A stretch of DNA of 38,809 nt, taken from positions 80,814,387 through 80,853,195 of the forward strand of contig NC_068984.1 in the NCBI RefSeq assembly GCF_001194135.2, given 5' to 3'. The DNA is from Octopus bimaculoides. Its lineage: Eukaryota. A program made the translations under genes and the position numbers. Positions 1-12,208 of the stretch are shown here, one piece after another. Numbering within the stretch: position 1 is the first letter of the stretch; every line of letters starts with the position of its first letter. Under the pieces are notes generated by a model, which was not told the DNA's origin, made no database searches, and saw nothing but the letters and a program-made list of their open reading frames with translations.

Positions 1-34
<34 letters not shown>
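1..34. repeat. (TA)n microsatellite
   Basis: Pure TA dinucleotide run at the window start. Confidence 0.95.
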
Positions 35-36
<2 letters not shown>

Positions 37-1199
37 AGCTTGCAAATAACTCTTTTTAAGTCAGTGGGATTGATCATCCACAGCTGCCAGATACATCTGA
101 ATTAAAAAAATATGAAGTAATTGAAACTCTCCTACTTGCATGAGAAAATAATTTTCACTGATAGATTGGTGTAGACGGAATGTTTTTTTTTTTTATGCGA
201 AGTAGTTATGATTAACACGTATATCTGCTTTAAAGGTAGTACTGGTGTCAGTGAAGAGAAGTAACAAAAATAATTCGTTGCTTATATACACCACCAAGAA
301 AACAGTAAATAAACTCTGTGCGCTAATGTATGTGTGAGATAGAGATAGGGGTAGAGAGAAATTGTTTTCGTAAAAAAAACCTTGAATGAGACAAATGTAC
401 ATTTACTTCTCTCTACATGTGGTTGTCAAAGCATTGGAAAATGTTAATCATTCTTATGTATACTTGTTGATGTCAACATGAACGAAGAAGAAATTACTCA
501 AAAGTGTGAATATAAGAAGAGATATCTAGGTAACAAAGCACAGCTGATACATAGCATTTTATCGATTATACTTCAGTTGTTTGTCATTTACAGAATGTTC
601 AGTGCGTTCGATTGAAGGATGATGCTAAATTTCGTCAGCTTGTGAATAACGGAATTATGAGCTTACTTCTGTTAGGAAATGTGAAATAAAATTTAAAAAG
701 ACGAAATTCATGCATGCACACACACATACGTACACACGCTCACATGCACACATATAAGTAGGTAAGATCGTGTAGGGATCCAAAGCATTTACATAAGTTT
801 GTCTTTCACATCTATGCTTGTTTTCAGAATTTTTAGGTAGCTCTTGTTTCAGTCGTTCTGAATAATATAAAGCTTTTCTTTTATAAGACCTGAGTTATTC
901 AGGTATTGAAAAAAATTAGGAATGTGTATGATATATGATATATGGTATTATATATGATATATGTACTCCAAGGAGATATATCCTGAGTATCAAGTGATAT
1001 ACAGGAGAGGCAAAGGTGTAAATAATTTCTTTCAACATACAGTGTAAAAGAGTTATTTAAGTAACCAAGGAAGTTTGTCACATAGAATATCAACCTCTTA
1101 ACTTCAACGATTTCTGTTTTAGAAATTGTATAGTAAGTTCGTTTTCAAGCTGTGTGAAATAACTTCCATAATTTTTCAAATGAGTGAGTTATTTAATGT

Positions 1200-1590
1200 G
1201 TGATGAAAAACACATCGGAGATGCTTTGCCCCACGCAGGAACAACTGAGAGGTATGCAAATTCTTCTTCCGGATCCATCTCAATGTCAGAGACTCTTCTG
1301 TATCCTTAGCAGGTATCTCAGGAACACAAGCATTTCGTCCCTGAGCCTGTACGCTTTGCCTGAATTCGATAGCAAGGACTGAATTAGTCTTCGCCCGCGG
1401 AAGGGCTTCACCTGCAGTCTTTTGTCAACCACAACCACCTTCAGCTGGTTTCAGTTGCTATGAATATTTCCTTGGTAGCTTTCTTCACTTGTTTGGGTTC
1501 CAGACCAGTTTTATGCAGGTAACAGTGCACCGATACAGCTGAAAGCCGCAGCAACCACCTTCAACAGGAAATGTTATTTACCCTCAGTCG
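1200..1590 (-). mobile_element. Decayed 3' end of a Hero-like RLE non-LTR retrotransposon
   Basis: Minus-strand translation gives FPVEGGCCGF (1542-1571) then KQVKKATKEIFIATETS*RWLWLTK (to ~1420). This matches the Hero-clade ORF C-terminal pattern FPVEVGCRGF...KAIKELSEAAERxSxWLWLKR. In-frame stops are present, and 1200-1400 is presumed 3' UTR. Confidence 0.6.
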
Positions 1591-2194
1591 GCCCAGATCG
1601 AAAATATCTATGATGAAAGACACTCCAATTGTAGCTATGCTGGATGTCTGTGTACCAAGAACTACATTACCTTCTGTTTCGACTTTTACTTTTTTAAGAG
1701 AATGTAATTGCTATTTCTAGCAGATCAAATCAACTGACGAGATAAATACCACTCCTCATTTGCTCGATTGTATTCTCTCATCACTGCTGCAAGCAGCGAC
1801 TCCACAATTACACAACAATACATTAAAACAAAACAAAAGAATTCTTTTTAAAAAAATGAACCATTAACATCTTGTTATTGAGCTTAAATCTCTGGAGAAT
1901 GGTATTCTCCGGTGGCTATGGAACTTTGAAACATTGGCGCATTTACGATCCATTAGAAGTTTCTATGGTTGTATGCAAGGAAAAAAAATTTACATGATGG
2001 GTGATAGAAAAAAAGAAATAGAATCAATGTCTGGAAAAAAAAAACATTTCATTTTGTTCCAAAATAGATTTAAATAAAAAGAGTTGTTTTTATTTAATTC
2101 AAATTCTCAAAAGGAAACAAAACAATCTGGTGTTATAAGTGTGAATAATTTATCTGTTCTTATGTTTAGAGAGTAAACAGATATGTCTGTTTGC

Positions 2195-2640
2195 ATTTTG
2201 TTGTTGTTTTGTTGTTGTTGTTGTGGTTGTTGCTACTGCTGTTGTCGTTTTGTTTTTTACTATTGTTCTTTGTTCATCTTGAGACACGACAGTTGAATGG
2301 AGATGATGATGATGATGAAGTTGCGGAGGAGGAAGAAGTGGTGGTTGCGGTGGTGGTAGTGGTGCTGCTGCTGCTGCTGCTGCTTCTGCTGCTGGTCGTC
2401 GTCAACGTGGTCGTATGGATGTTGGGGCGGAAAAAGAAATGTTGTAAGAGGACGATGAGGAAAAGGAACTTCGCTATCATAATTTTTCTCCATCCACCTC
2501 TTCTACCTCCTTTTCTTCTCCACGTCCTGTTTCTCTTCCTCTTCCTCCTCCTTTTCCTCCTCCTTCTCATCATAGTCATCACTATCATCATCAAAACCAT
2601 CCTTTCTACTATCATCATCATCATCATTATTCTCACTATC
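2195..2640. repeat. Compound trinucleotide low-complexity tract (GTT/GAT/GTG/CTG, then CTT/CTC/ATC)
   Basis: Successive imperfect trinucleotide runs. These explain the poly-L/V/I/R/S/T ORFs at 2191-2724. Confidence 0.9.
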
Positions 2641-2729
2641 TCGACGAGGATGTCTGTTACGTCGTTTCCCGAGGTGCTGGAAATACCAGCCAAATACTTT
2701 TGTTTAATGGGAAAAATTGTTTAAAAAAT

Positions 2730-3270
2730 GACGGAATGGTTACGACTAAACTGTCTTTTGATCTCACGTTTCCTTGTTGACTTGGGGTTAAACATCGACT
2801 TTAGCGCCAAGTTGTTCTCGTTGTATAATTAAAATTATACTGCACTAATGAGAGTTAATCAAACGAAGACAAGCAAAAAAGACAGTTCTTTTGAAACAAC
2901 CAACTGAAAATAGAATGATATCGTCTACTTTATTATTATAACCCATGACTGAGCAGACTGATAATCAAAGGTGTTCCAGCCGTGACCAGCCTATCTACCG
3001 GCGTGTATAATTAAAGAGAAATGTGTCTGCTGTTTTAACCAAGTTGGGTTACATGGTTACTCAACTTGCTTAAAACAGCGGACAAATTTCCATGGTTGAG
3101 TTGACTATTATGAATGAATTATTGGTGGATTGCCATAATCGTTAAAGCTGACTTAATAGACCTTTAATCAAAAGTGATCATCCGCCTTCTTTGATAATGT
3201 GTAATTAAAGGGAAATTTGTCTGCTGTTTCTAGAGAGATGGTTGACCACGTCACTGCTCCACAGTTTGGC
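2730..3270 (-). repeat. Fragments of an interspersed SINE-like family (TTAGAAATAGCAGxCAAATxTCCCTC core)
   Basis: The core AATTAAAG(A/G)GAAAT(G/T)TGTCTGCTGTTT occurs at 3008-3036 and 3203-3231. Reverse-complement relatives lie at ~22290-22340 and ~35755-35940. Confidence 0.5.
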
Positions 3271-3359
3271 TCGGCTATTATTAAGTAGGATATGTCCCGC
3301 ATTATGACGACGTACCATCGTCGTCTGCGTGACTGGCCCGTACGGCGTACCTCGCCGAC

Positions 3360-5220
3360 TGCATTTCCTTTATTCGGCACGCAGGCCGTAACACAGAAGA
3401 GACATCACAAGGACAGACAAAACACCACAATAGGGACAAGAAAGACAAATCGAACGAATGAAAGATGGATAATAACAATAAGCATGAAATGGCTTGCCTG
3501 CTACCCACTCGCAGGCAGTATCATTTAAATGTTTTTCATTTAACGTTTATAAATCAGTTCTTTTATTCCTCTTTTTCCCCACCTTTTTGCATCTGTTTTT
3601 ACAGTCGTTTAAAAAAATTTAAACATTTACTTATTTTTTAAAATATTTTTACCATTTTATGTACGGCTACAGGTCGTCATACTGTGGCGGCAAGTCGTCA
3701 AACTCGACGCGCCTACCGTTGGGTCTATCTTCTTTCTGAACAGTTCTCGTAGTTTTTCACATCTCTCGTCGTCAATAACAATTGCTTTGGTGCTCTCTGG
3801 ATAGTATTCCGTTGTTAGTTTCACTCTTATTACTGATTTCATTTTTGTGAATTTCTTCTTTATCTCTGTACTTTTCGCATTTGTCACCATATGCCATTTA
3901 TGTTTTGGTTCTTTTTTTATTTGTTTGTTTCTGTAGTCCCACTTGTTTTTCCGCGTCGGCTTCCTTTGATGTTGTTGTTGTCTCATGTTGTGCTTCTTGT
4001 TTACTCTCCTTTCTTTTCTTTAGTGGACTCTTTGGCGGTGAATCCACGTCTTCTTTCCTTTTCTTCTTCCTATTCCCCACCGTATACTCCTCCACCTTCT
4101 CTGGACACTTCTCACATACTGGGTTCGCCGCTTCGGCATTTTGCTCCTGATCGTCACCCTGCTGCTGTTGTTCCTTTTCACCTTTATCGTCGTTCTGGGG
4201 ACACCTTGCTCTCATGTGTTCCCTTACGTCACACTGGTAACAGGTTGGCGGTCTTCCCTCCACCACTACTCTCAATTTCACGTTCTCTGATAGTATTACC
4301 TCCTCCGCTATCTTATGCAAGTCTTGTAAAGTGACTTGGATGGCCACTTCGAAGCCGTAGCCCCAACAGTTTACCTCTTTCGTCCACGTCACTTTCAACA
4401 CCTTCACGTCCTCCTCCATATTATACAGGATGGCTACCACCAGCCACGCCTCCTCAATCTCCAGGGGTACTCTACCGATCCTTACCCTGGCCACTCGTTT
4501 GCCACAGTAAGTCGGCAGAAGTACCCACACTGGTGTCCTTAGCGCCACAGCGGAGTGGTTTATCGCTTCTTGGTCACTAGCGATCCTTACCTCTACTGTG
4601 CGTATTTCTTCCCTCTCGTGTAAAATGTTGTGAGACTTTTTACCTCCTTTAAGCATTCGTCTATAGCCTCTACTGTGACTATTTCTATTTTTTTCGATGT
4701 CGTGGACAGCGTTCTATATACCACTGTCCGCTTCATCACGCTCGCTGTTAAATTTTCTGGCGGTGTCAACCTCAAACTGGTTCCATCTTTCTCTATGAGT
4801 CTGTTGAACTCCTTCAACTTCCTCTGCTCCATCTTTATCTCTCTTACCTGCAACACGTCAGCGGTCAAACTTCTGCCACTGGCTGCAGCATAGCTGCCGG
4901 TTGGTACTGGTTCGCACTCCATTTTCTGCTTCTTGTCTACTTCACCCATGAATGGGGAAGAAAACAATTGTAATTTGACAGACAAAAACAACAACAACAA
5001 TTCAATAGTTTAACAATGATATTCAACAAGTAGGTTCATCCTTACGGGAGACGTTCAACAAGTATATAACAATTTAACTTACAGGGATCAAAAATGATTT
5101 TAAAAAACACTAAAAATACCTCGATGACTAACTCTGTTTGCTGTGTTTGTCTACTATTTACTAGTAGTGGAACAGCCCACTTCTCACTTGGGAGTGTCCG
5201 CCACAACACTTCCCCACTCT
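3360..5220 (-). mobile_element. ORF1-only Tx1/L1-type non-LTR retroelement (5' UTR + gag-like ORF1 + 3' UTR, no ORF2)
   Basis: ATG at 4949 and zinc-knuckle ORF1 down to 3657, then ~290 bp of 3' UTR ending in CCTGCGTGCCGAATAAA (polyA signal 3369-3374). No RT or endonuclease motifs lie between ORF1 and the tail. The 5' boundary is approximate and no TSD was identified. Confidence 0.7.
3657..4949 (-). pseudogene. Gag-like ORF1 with CX2CX4HX4C zinc knuckle, two frameshifts
   Basis: Joins the track ORFs 4593-5000 (from M at 4949), 3898-4656 (VVVEGRPPTCYQCDVREHMRARCP, then an acidic/basic tail) and probably 3657-3986. There is a 1-nt loss at ~4600 (RGKKY-G-TVEV). Confidence 0.8.
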
Positions 5221-5289
5221 GAGATATTTTGTTTTCTTTCACACAGAATTATTTTTCTCTTCAGAATGTCGCAGGTAGTACCAGTCTAC

Positions 5290-5890
5290 ATTGGGGTAAA
5301 ATATATGAAGCCCAGTATACCCATCATGACAACCCTTCTGATAAGGGTACACCAGGCACATGCATCACAACCATATGTGCGCGACATGGTGATCTCATAT
5401 CAAGATAAACAGCGCATGATTTTACAGGTGGGGCCCAGTTAGAATTTTCTTTAGGTCGAGTAGCCCATTTCGCTCAAAAGGTCCCTGAATAAGGTTTGTT
5501 TAAGGATGTTGAGCAAAACACCCATGTTTCCAAAGGTGAATTATTCAAAGCCCAAAGAATTCCTCTCAACACATGGCTATGATGCTCCCCCACTACTTCT
5601 GCTCATGATCAGAGATGCACATATCGTCAGCCACTAAGAGAGATGCTCTACTGGTTAAGGTCAAACAACTGACAAGCAAATCTGTGGTATTAAGCAGAAT
5701 ATTTGCTGTAGCCCATCTTTTATACCAAGACAAAACCATGTACATGATAACACTTCTNNNNNNNNNNTTAAGCAGAATATTTGCTGTAGCCCATCTTTTA
5801 TACCAAGACAAAACCATGTACATGATAACACTTCTAATCAATTAAAATCAGAAGCCATGAGAGCCACTGCCTGGTACTGCATCTGGGCAT
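5290..5890 (+). mobile_element. ~550-bp interspersed retroposon-like repeat with (ATT)n tail, copy 1
   Basis: Aligns by eye over >500 bp to the reverse complement of 24078-24620. Both copies end GCATC(T/A)G(G/A)G(C/A)AT directly followed by an ATT microsatellite. Non-coding. Confidence 0.75.
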
Positions 5891-5894
5891 ATTA

Positions 5895-5942
5895 TTATGA
5901 TTATTATTATTATTATTAATATTATTATTATTATTATTATTA

Positions 5943-5992
<50 letters not shown>
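5895..5992. repeat. (ATT)n microsatellite
   Basis: Near-pure ATT run. Confidence 0.95.
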
Positions 5993-6029
5993 GGGGTAAT
6001 GATCCTCTCAAGACAACCAGATTAATAAT

Positions 6030-6575
6030 ATTCCTTTCTACTAGTGGTACAAAGCCTGACATTTTGGTGGGAGAGGGACAGTCGATTACATCAACACCAG
6101 TGATCAACTAGTACTTATTTTATCGAGCTCGAAAGGCAAAGTCGACCGCGGCAGAATTTGAACTTAGAACATAATGAGTCTGAAGAAATGCCTTCAGCAT
6201 TTACTCCAGCGTGCAAACGATTCTGTCAACTCCCCACCTTAACACTAATAATAGTAATGGTTTCAAAGTTCGACACAATGCCAGCAATTTCGGGAAAGTG
6301 GGTAAGTCGATAACAAGAACCCCAGTGCTCAAGTGCTACTTATTTCATCGACCCCGAGAAAATGAAAAGCAGTGTCGACCTCAGCAGAATTTGATCACAA
6401 AACGTAAAGACGGATAGATTGCCGCTGAACACGGTCACGATGACTAAATAGACGCAGGTACAAGAGCCGCCAATTATAAGGAAGACTTAGATCACTGGAG
6501 GTGATGTAATTGACAATCCCTCTCCTACCAAGATGTCAGGCCTTGTGCCTTTAGTAGGAAGGAATATTATTAATT
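6030..6575 (-). mobile_element. Cluster of tRNA-derived SINEs, family A (two minus copies at 6030-6240 and 6258-6432, plus-strand 3' fragment at ~6490-6575)
   Basis: Carry the family core (plus sense) GGTCGACTTTGCCTTTCATCCTTTCGGGGTCGATAAAATAAGTACCAG and the head GGCGAGCTGGCAGAATCGTTAGC...GTTCAAAT seen in >25 copies in this window. Confidence 0.85.
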
Positions 6576-7759
6576 CTGTTGTCTTGAGAGGATATTTACG
6601 CAAATTAATAATAATAATAATTCAAATTTTTGCACAATGCCAGAAATTTCTGGTGAAGGGACTAAACTCCGAGAAAAAGAGGTCATTAGATACGAAACCT
6701 ATATAGCTCCGAGGAAGAGAAACAATTGACGACCAATAACAGATAATTTTTTATCTAACTTGACATGCAATTTGTATTTCCAGTAAGCATTAGTCCATTA
6801 CTTGTATTGATTTAACCAAGTGTACCCTTCTTCTAAAATAGGTGGCCTTGTGTGACTATAGGAAATCATTATTAATTTATTTCTAAACTGGTTTGTTTTA
6901 CTAAATGAAGAACAAGCTTAATTTTCACTGAGAACTTTAGTGGATTACTTCGATAATCAACATAACACTAATACTTATTTTCTCAATCACAAAGGTTTGA
7001 AAGAAAAACGTCCATTAGAGTTTCTTTTGTCACCTTCCAGCCAATAATATCAAGAAATGCTTTCCATAGTCTCATTTAATTGCAGTTGGTTGCACGCCAC
7101 GTGGAGTCAAACTAAATATTGTTTTCAATTAAAATGTAAAAATCTTTCTTGTTGTTGCTGCTGTTTAACCATTGGTCTTTTGCTGATCGAACAAACGTGT
7201 GATGAAACGTGTTCTAATTGTAATCATACATTATTCATTTCTCTGAAATTGTACGTAGAACTAGATGTGTAATATTAAAAAAAAAAATAGGACGTAATTT
7301 GTAGCATATTTAGTATCTCTATTGGGTTCCTTCATTGGTTCTTCGGAATATGATGAGTACACCGCAAGTGGACATATCGGTTCAGTTTATAAAAATGTGA
7401 TTTGAGCGTTTTAGGCTCTTTTGTCTTTCAACTCATCGTTCTTAATGACATTGGAAAGTTGATTTTTTTTCTCTGTCATAGATGAAAGTAAAATTGATAT
7501 TATGACGGTTTTCTTTTATTTTTCATTTTTCTATTTTCCAGAGACGTTGTGAGCTATGTAAACAAAATGCTAATGACTTCATTTCGGAATCGGAATCAAA
7601 ATGGTGTCGTGGACTCAGCGCGTAGCTCAGTTCTTGCTCTGCAATATTCTACACTTGATATCGGGATACTGATTTATTTTTACTAATCATAAGCTCACTC
7701 TTATGATAGATTACTAAACAAGTAAGACACTGTTGTTACTGAGATACTGGGGCTGAAAA

Positions 7760-8637
7760 TTATGTTGCACAGAGTAAAAAAGAATACTATCGGCAGCCAG
7801 AAATACCCAAAAAGGTGACTGAAACAGGAGAATACAAAGAGAAAAGGAACAGCAACAGAGCAAACAAATGGAAAGAAATAGAACTGCATGGCCAATTCAT
7901 ACAGCAAACCGAAAATGCTGGATGTGAAGCATCCAGCATTGACAGACGGGAACTTAAAACGGGAAACAGAAACGTTAACTGTAATTCTCGGGAACAAGAC
8001 TTCAGAACAAATCTGGTAAAGTCAAAGATTAACAAAACTCAGTCAGATAGCAATTGTATAATCTGTAGCAAAATAGATAACAGTATCAATTATATTTTGA
8101 GTGAGTGTAGTATACTAACACAAAAGCGGGTGGGGTAAGTACAGACATGACTGCATAGCCAAAAGAGTGCGTCGGGATGTTAGTCAAGGGTGTGACTTCA
8201 GAACAACAGAGGCTTCGATAAAAAAATGAGAATTACAAGATCTTGTGGGGTATCGCCATAAAGGCTGACCATACTATTGAGACAAGAACAAACCTGATTA
8301 TAGAGAGAAAAAGAGTTCAAGATCATAGATTATGCAATTCCCTGTAACAGTCAATACCAAGCAAATGGAAAAAAATTGAGAACTAGCCAGAGAGAAAAGG
8401 AGACTGTGGAAGGCTAAGACAGCAATTATTCCAGTAGTAATAGGCGTACTTAGCACATCACCCAAAATTCTACCTAAAAGACAGAAAGAAATTGGGTTTA
8501 AAACTCGCATTTTCGATCTACAGAAAAGTACCATCCTATATTCTGCAAGAATCCTTACAAAAATTCTTGAGATGTGAGGTGCCTTGTTGTCACCAAATCT
8601 CAAGACAAAATACCTACTAACTAAATAAGCATGCATT
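7760..8637 (+). mobile_element. 5'-truncated R4/Dong-clade RLE LINE, copy A (heavily decayed)
   Basis: WKEIELHGQF...SNCIICSKIDNSINYILSEC (CCHC-like finger) and IIPVVIGVLS...LQKSTILYSARILTKILEM*, followed by a 3' UTR and (TAA)n. Confidence 0.8.
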
Positions 8638-9312
<675 letters not shown>

Positions 9313-10140
9313 CAGAAATTACCAAAAACACATAATGAAAAGAAATATAACAAGTAACTGTAGAATATGTGGAGATCGACAAGAAACAATAAATCATATT
9401 ATCTCTGGCTGCCCAGTCCTGGCTTAGAAGGAATATATTCACAGACACGACAGAGCTGGGACCTATATACACTGGAAGCTATGCCAACACTATGGAATAA
9501 CAACAGAAAAAAGATGGTATAAAGACACGCCAGAAAAGGTCACAGAAAACGAGAAAGCAACCACACTCTGGGATATGCCAATACACACAGATAGAGAAAT
9601 TAAGGCAAATAGACCAAATANNNNNNNNNNNNNNNNNNNNNNNNNNNNNNNNNNNNNNNNNNNNNNNNNNNNNNNNNNNNNNNNNNNNNNNNNNNNNNNN
9701 NNNNNNNNNNNNNNNNNNNNNNNNNNNNNNNNNNNNNNNNNNNNNNNNNNNNNNNNNNNNNNNNNNNNNNNNNNNNNNNNNNNNNNNNNNNNNNNNNNNN
9801 NNNNNNNNNNNNNNNNNNNNNNNNNNNNNNNNNNNNNNNNNNNNNNNNNNNNNNNNNNNNNNNNNNNNNNNNNNNNNGCCTTAGGTATAATAAAAAAATA
9901 TTCAGACAAATACATAACAAAAACACCAGGACTTACAAATATATATAACATACAGAAAATTGCACTACTGGGTACTGCACACATTCTACGCAAAACACTT
10001 TCAATACAGTAAACATAAGAGCACCACAGCAAACCACAGCACATACCCAAGGCGCACAGAGCTGCGCTCGGTAGTGAAGTGAAAGCACGTTATAAAAATA
10101 AAACTACTGAACAATAATAATAATAATAATAATAATAATA
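9313..10140 (+). mobile_element. 5'-truncated R4/Dong-clade RLE LINE, copy C (best preserved, gap at 9621-9877)
   Basis: CRICGDRQETINHIISGC zinc finger, HRHDRAGTYIHWKLC, LWDMPIHTDREIKANRP, and IQKIALLGTAHILRKTLSIQ*. The 3' UTR ends ...GGTAGTGAAGTGAAAGCACG...AAAACTACTGAA, then (AAT)n. Confidence 0.9.
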
Positions 10141-11110
10141 TCTGTGAGTCTTTTATTTCTGAGGATATCTCTCCTAACATTTGCTAACTTGTTTTCATCC
10201 AAATATAGTCTGATGTCTTGATTTTCTGTTCTCCATATTTAATAAGAGTGTGCGATGTGTTTCTCTTCAGATGGCCTGTCTAATGCATAGTAATAGGCGT
10301 ATATTACTTCCGTATACTCCTCTCAGGTTCACTTGATCCTCTTACATTTTTCTTTCTGTGGTAGGTGTGGTGGTGGACTATGAAGGGCTCGAGCTGGGGC
10401 TGTTCCCGTTTAAGTGACCATCCAGATTCGTATTCAGAGAAGTGTTTGTGCCAGTGGATGCTTTCTTTTTATCCCAGACTGGCTCTCTCCTGGGGTATGC
10501 GCTTCCAGATTAACCATAGGGCAAGCGATTTGGTGTACTGTTGTAGTTTTCCTTTGTGCTTCGTTAGACATATTTGTGCTACATTAAAATTATTAGTATT
10601 GAGCTCTGTATTGTGGCAGATGAAGAGACCGTTGTTGTCTCTGCCATTATTGTCGACTCCACCATAAATACCGTCACAGTTACTTTAAACTTGCTATTAC
10701 AGCATTGTTCATCGTTAGTTACCATCAATAGTGCCTTGATTTGTATAGTTGTGGCTAACCTTTATTTATTTAAATCTGTCACCTATGCTACTACTACTGT
10801 GTGGTGTTATTAAATGTTGTTTAGTTTCAACTTTTGTTTTGTACTTGAGATAATTATAAATATGTGAGGGTTGAATGGGATAGTAGGAGGAAGAGAAGCA
10901 GCTTGGTGAATAGACCAAATTCCACAGATCTGTAAATAGATTCGGCAGATGGTGAGGAGGTCAGTAATAGGCATACTTGTGCGATAAGGAGACAAAAGAA
11001 GCTTCACACCCTTGGGGTCAGCAGAGGTCAAATATGTATACTACTACTTGCGATCAATGAGAGCGCTGACCTTGGTCTTGAAAAGAACCGATTCACTTTG
11101 TTCTATTTTT
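10141..11110 (-). mobile_element. Decayed 5' region of an R4/Dong-like LINE ORF
   Basis: Minus strand reads K*T*EEYTEVIYAYYYALDRP...IWRTENQDIRLYLDENKLANVRRDILRNKRLTD, resembling the N-terminal KWTREE...Y...W...LAxxRRxI domain of R4/Dong ORFs. The upstream extent is approximate. Confidence 0.55.
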
Positions 11111-11124
11111 AATTACTGATATAA

Positions 11125-11125
<1 letters not shown>

Positions 11126-11194
<69 letters not shown>
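11126..11194. repeat. (AAT)n microsatellite running into a gap
   Basis: Pure AAT run before the Ns. Confidence 0.95.
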
Positions 11195-11925
11195 NNNNNN
11201 NNNNNNNNNNNNNNNNNNNNNNNNNNNNNNNNNNNNNNNNNNNNNNNNNNNNNNNNNNNNNNNNNNNNNNNNNNNNNNNNNNNNNNNNNNNNNNNNNNNN
11301 NNNNNNNNNNNNNNNNNNNNNNNNNNNNNNNNNNNNNNNNNNNNNNNNNNNNNNNNNNNNNNNNNNNNNNNNNNNNNNNNNNNNNNNNNNNNNNNNNNNN
11401 NNNNNNNNNNNNNNNNNNNNNNNNNNNNNNNNNNNNNNNNNNNNNNNNNNNNNNNNNNNNNNNNNNNNNNNNNNNNNNNNNNNNNNNNNNNNNNNNNNNN
11501 NNNNNNNNNNNNNNNNNNNNNNNNNNNNNNNNNNNNNNNNNNNNNNNNNNNNNNNNNNNNNNNNNNNNNNNNNNNNNNNNNNNNNNNNNNNNNNNNNNNN
11601 NNNNNNNNNNNNNNNNNNNNNNNAGAAAAGAAAGGTAAATATTTTTCACACAAAATTGTAGATATTAAAGTTTTTAAATTTTCTAGAGATGATCGTTTGT
11701 ATATCCGATCAGAGAAGACTTGCAATAAAAAGGATGGATACATTTTCGAATACTCAGGGAGAAAAGAAAGAATAGGTATTCGCAGAAGTTGTAGATATTC
11801 CAGTCTTTGAGATTATTTTTCAGCTGTTCTGCTGGTTATATTAGTGTTTCTGTGTCTTCAGCTGCTGACTGGTCAGAGCAGCGAAGAACACGTCCTGCCG
11901 CTGTCAAGGCTGGCGCTCTCTCTCT

Positions 11926-11965
11926 ATTATTATTATTGTTGTTGTTGTTGTTGTTCTTATTGTTA

Positions 11966-12002
<37 letters not shown>

Positions 12003-12020
12003 CATTATTATTATTATCAT
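11926..12020. repeat. (ATT)/(GTT) microsatellite
   Basis: Imperfect trinucleotide run. Confidence 0.9.
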
Positions 12021-12195
12021 TGGCGCATTAGCAGATCGTTAGAGCGCAAGAAATATACCTTGTAGTATTTGTTCCGCACGTTGCATTCTGATTTCAAATC
12101 CTACTGAGGTTAATTTTGCCTTTCACCTTTTAGGGGCCCGATAAAATAAAGTACCAGTCAAAATTACTGGCCTTGTGCCAAAATTAGAAAGAATT
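12021..12195 (+). mobile_element. SINE family A copy
   Basis: Head, TTTGCCTTTCACC...GATAAAATAAAGTACCAG core and GGCCTTGTGCC tail. Confidence 0.8.
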
Positions 12196-12208
12196 GTGAT
12201 AATTACAA

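Noticed and set aside
2191-2724. ORFs with poly-L/V/I and an Arg-rich protamine-like stretch
   Set aside because: They are translations of trinucleotide microsatellites, open in several frames, with no domain or splice support.
5690-5835. Exact 68-bp direct repeat (5690-5757 and 5768-5835)
   Set aside because: It flanks a 10-N gap exactly, which is typical of unmerged overlapping contig ends. The other copy of this repeat family at 24 kb lacks the duplication.
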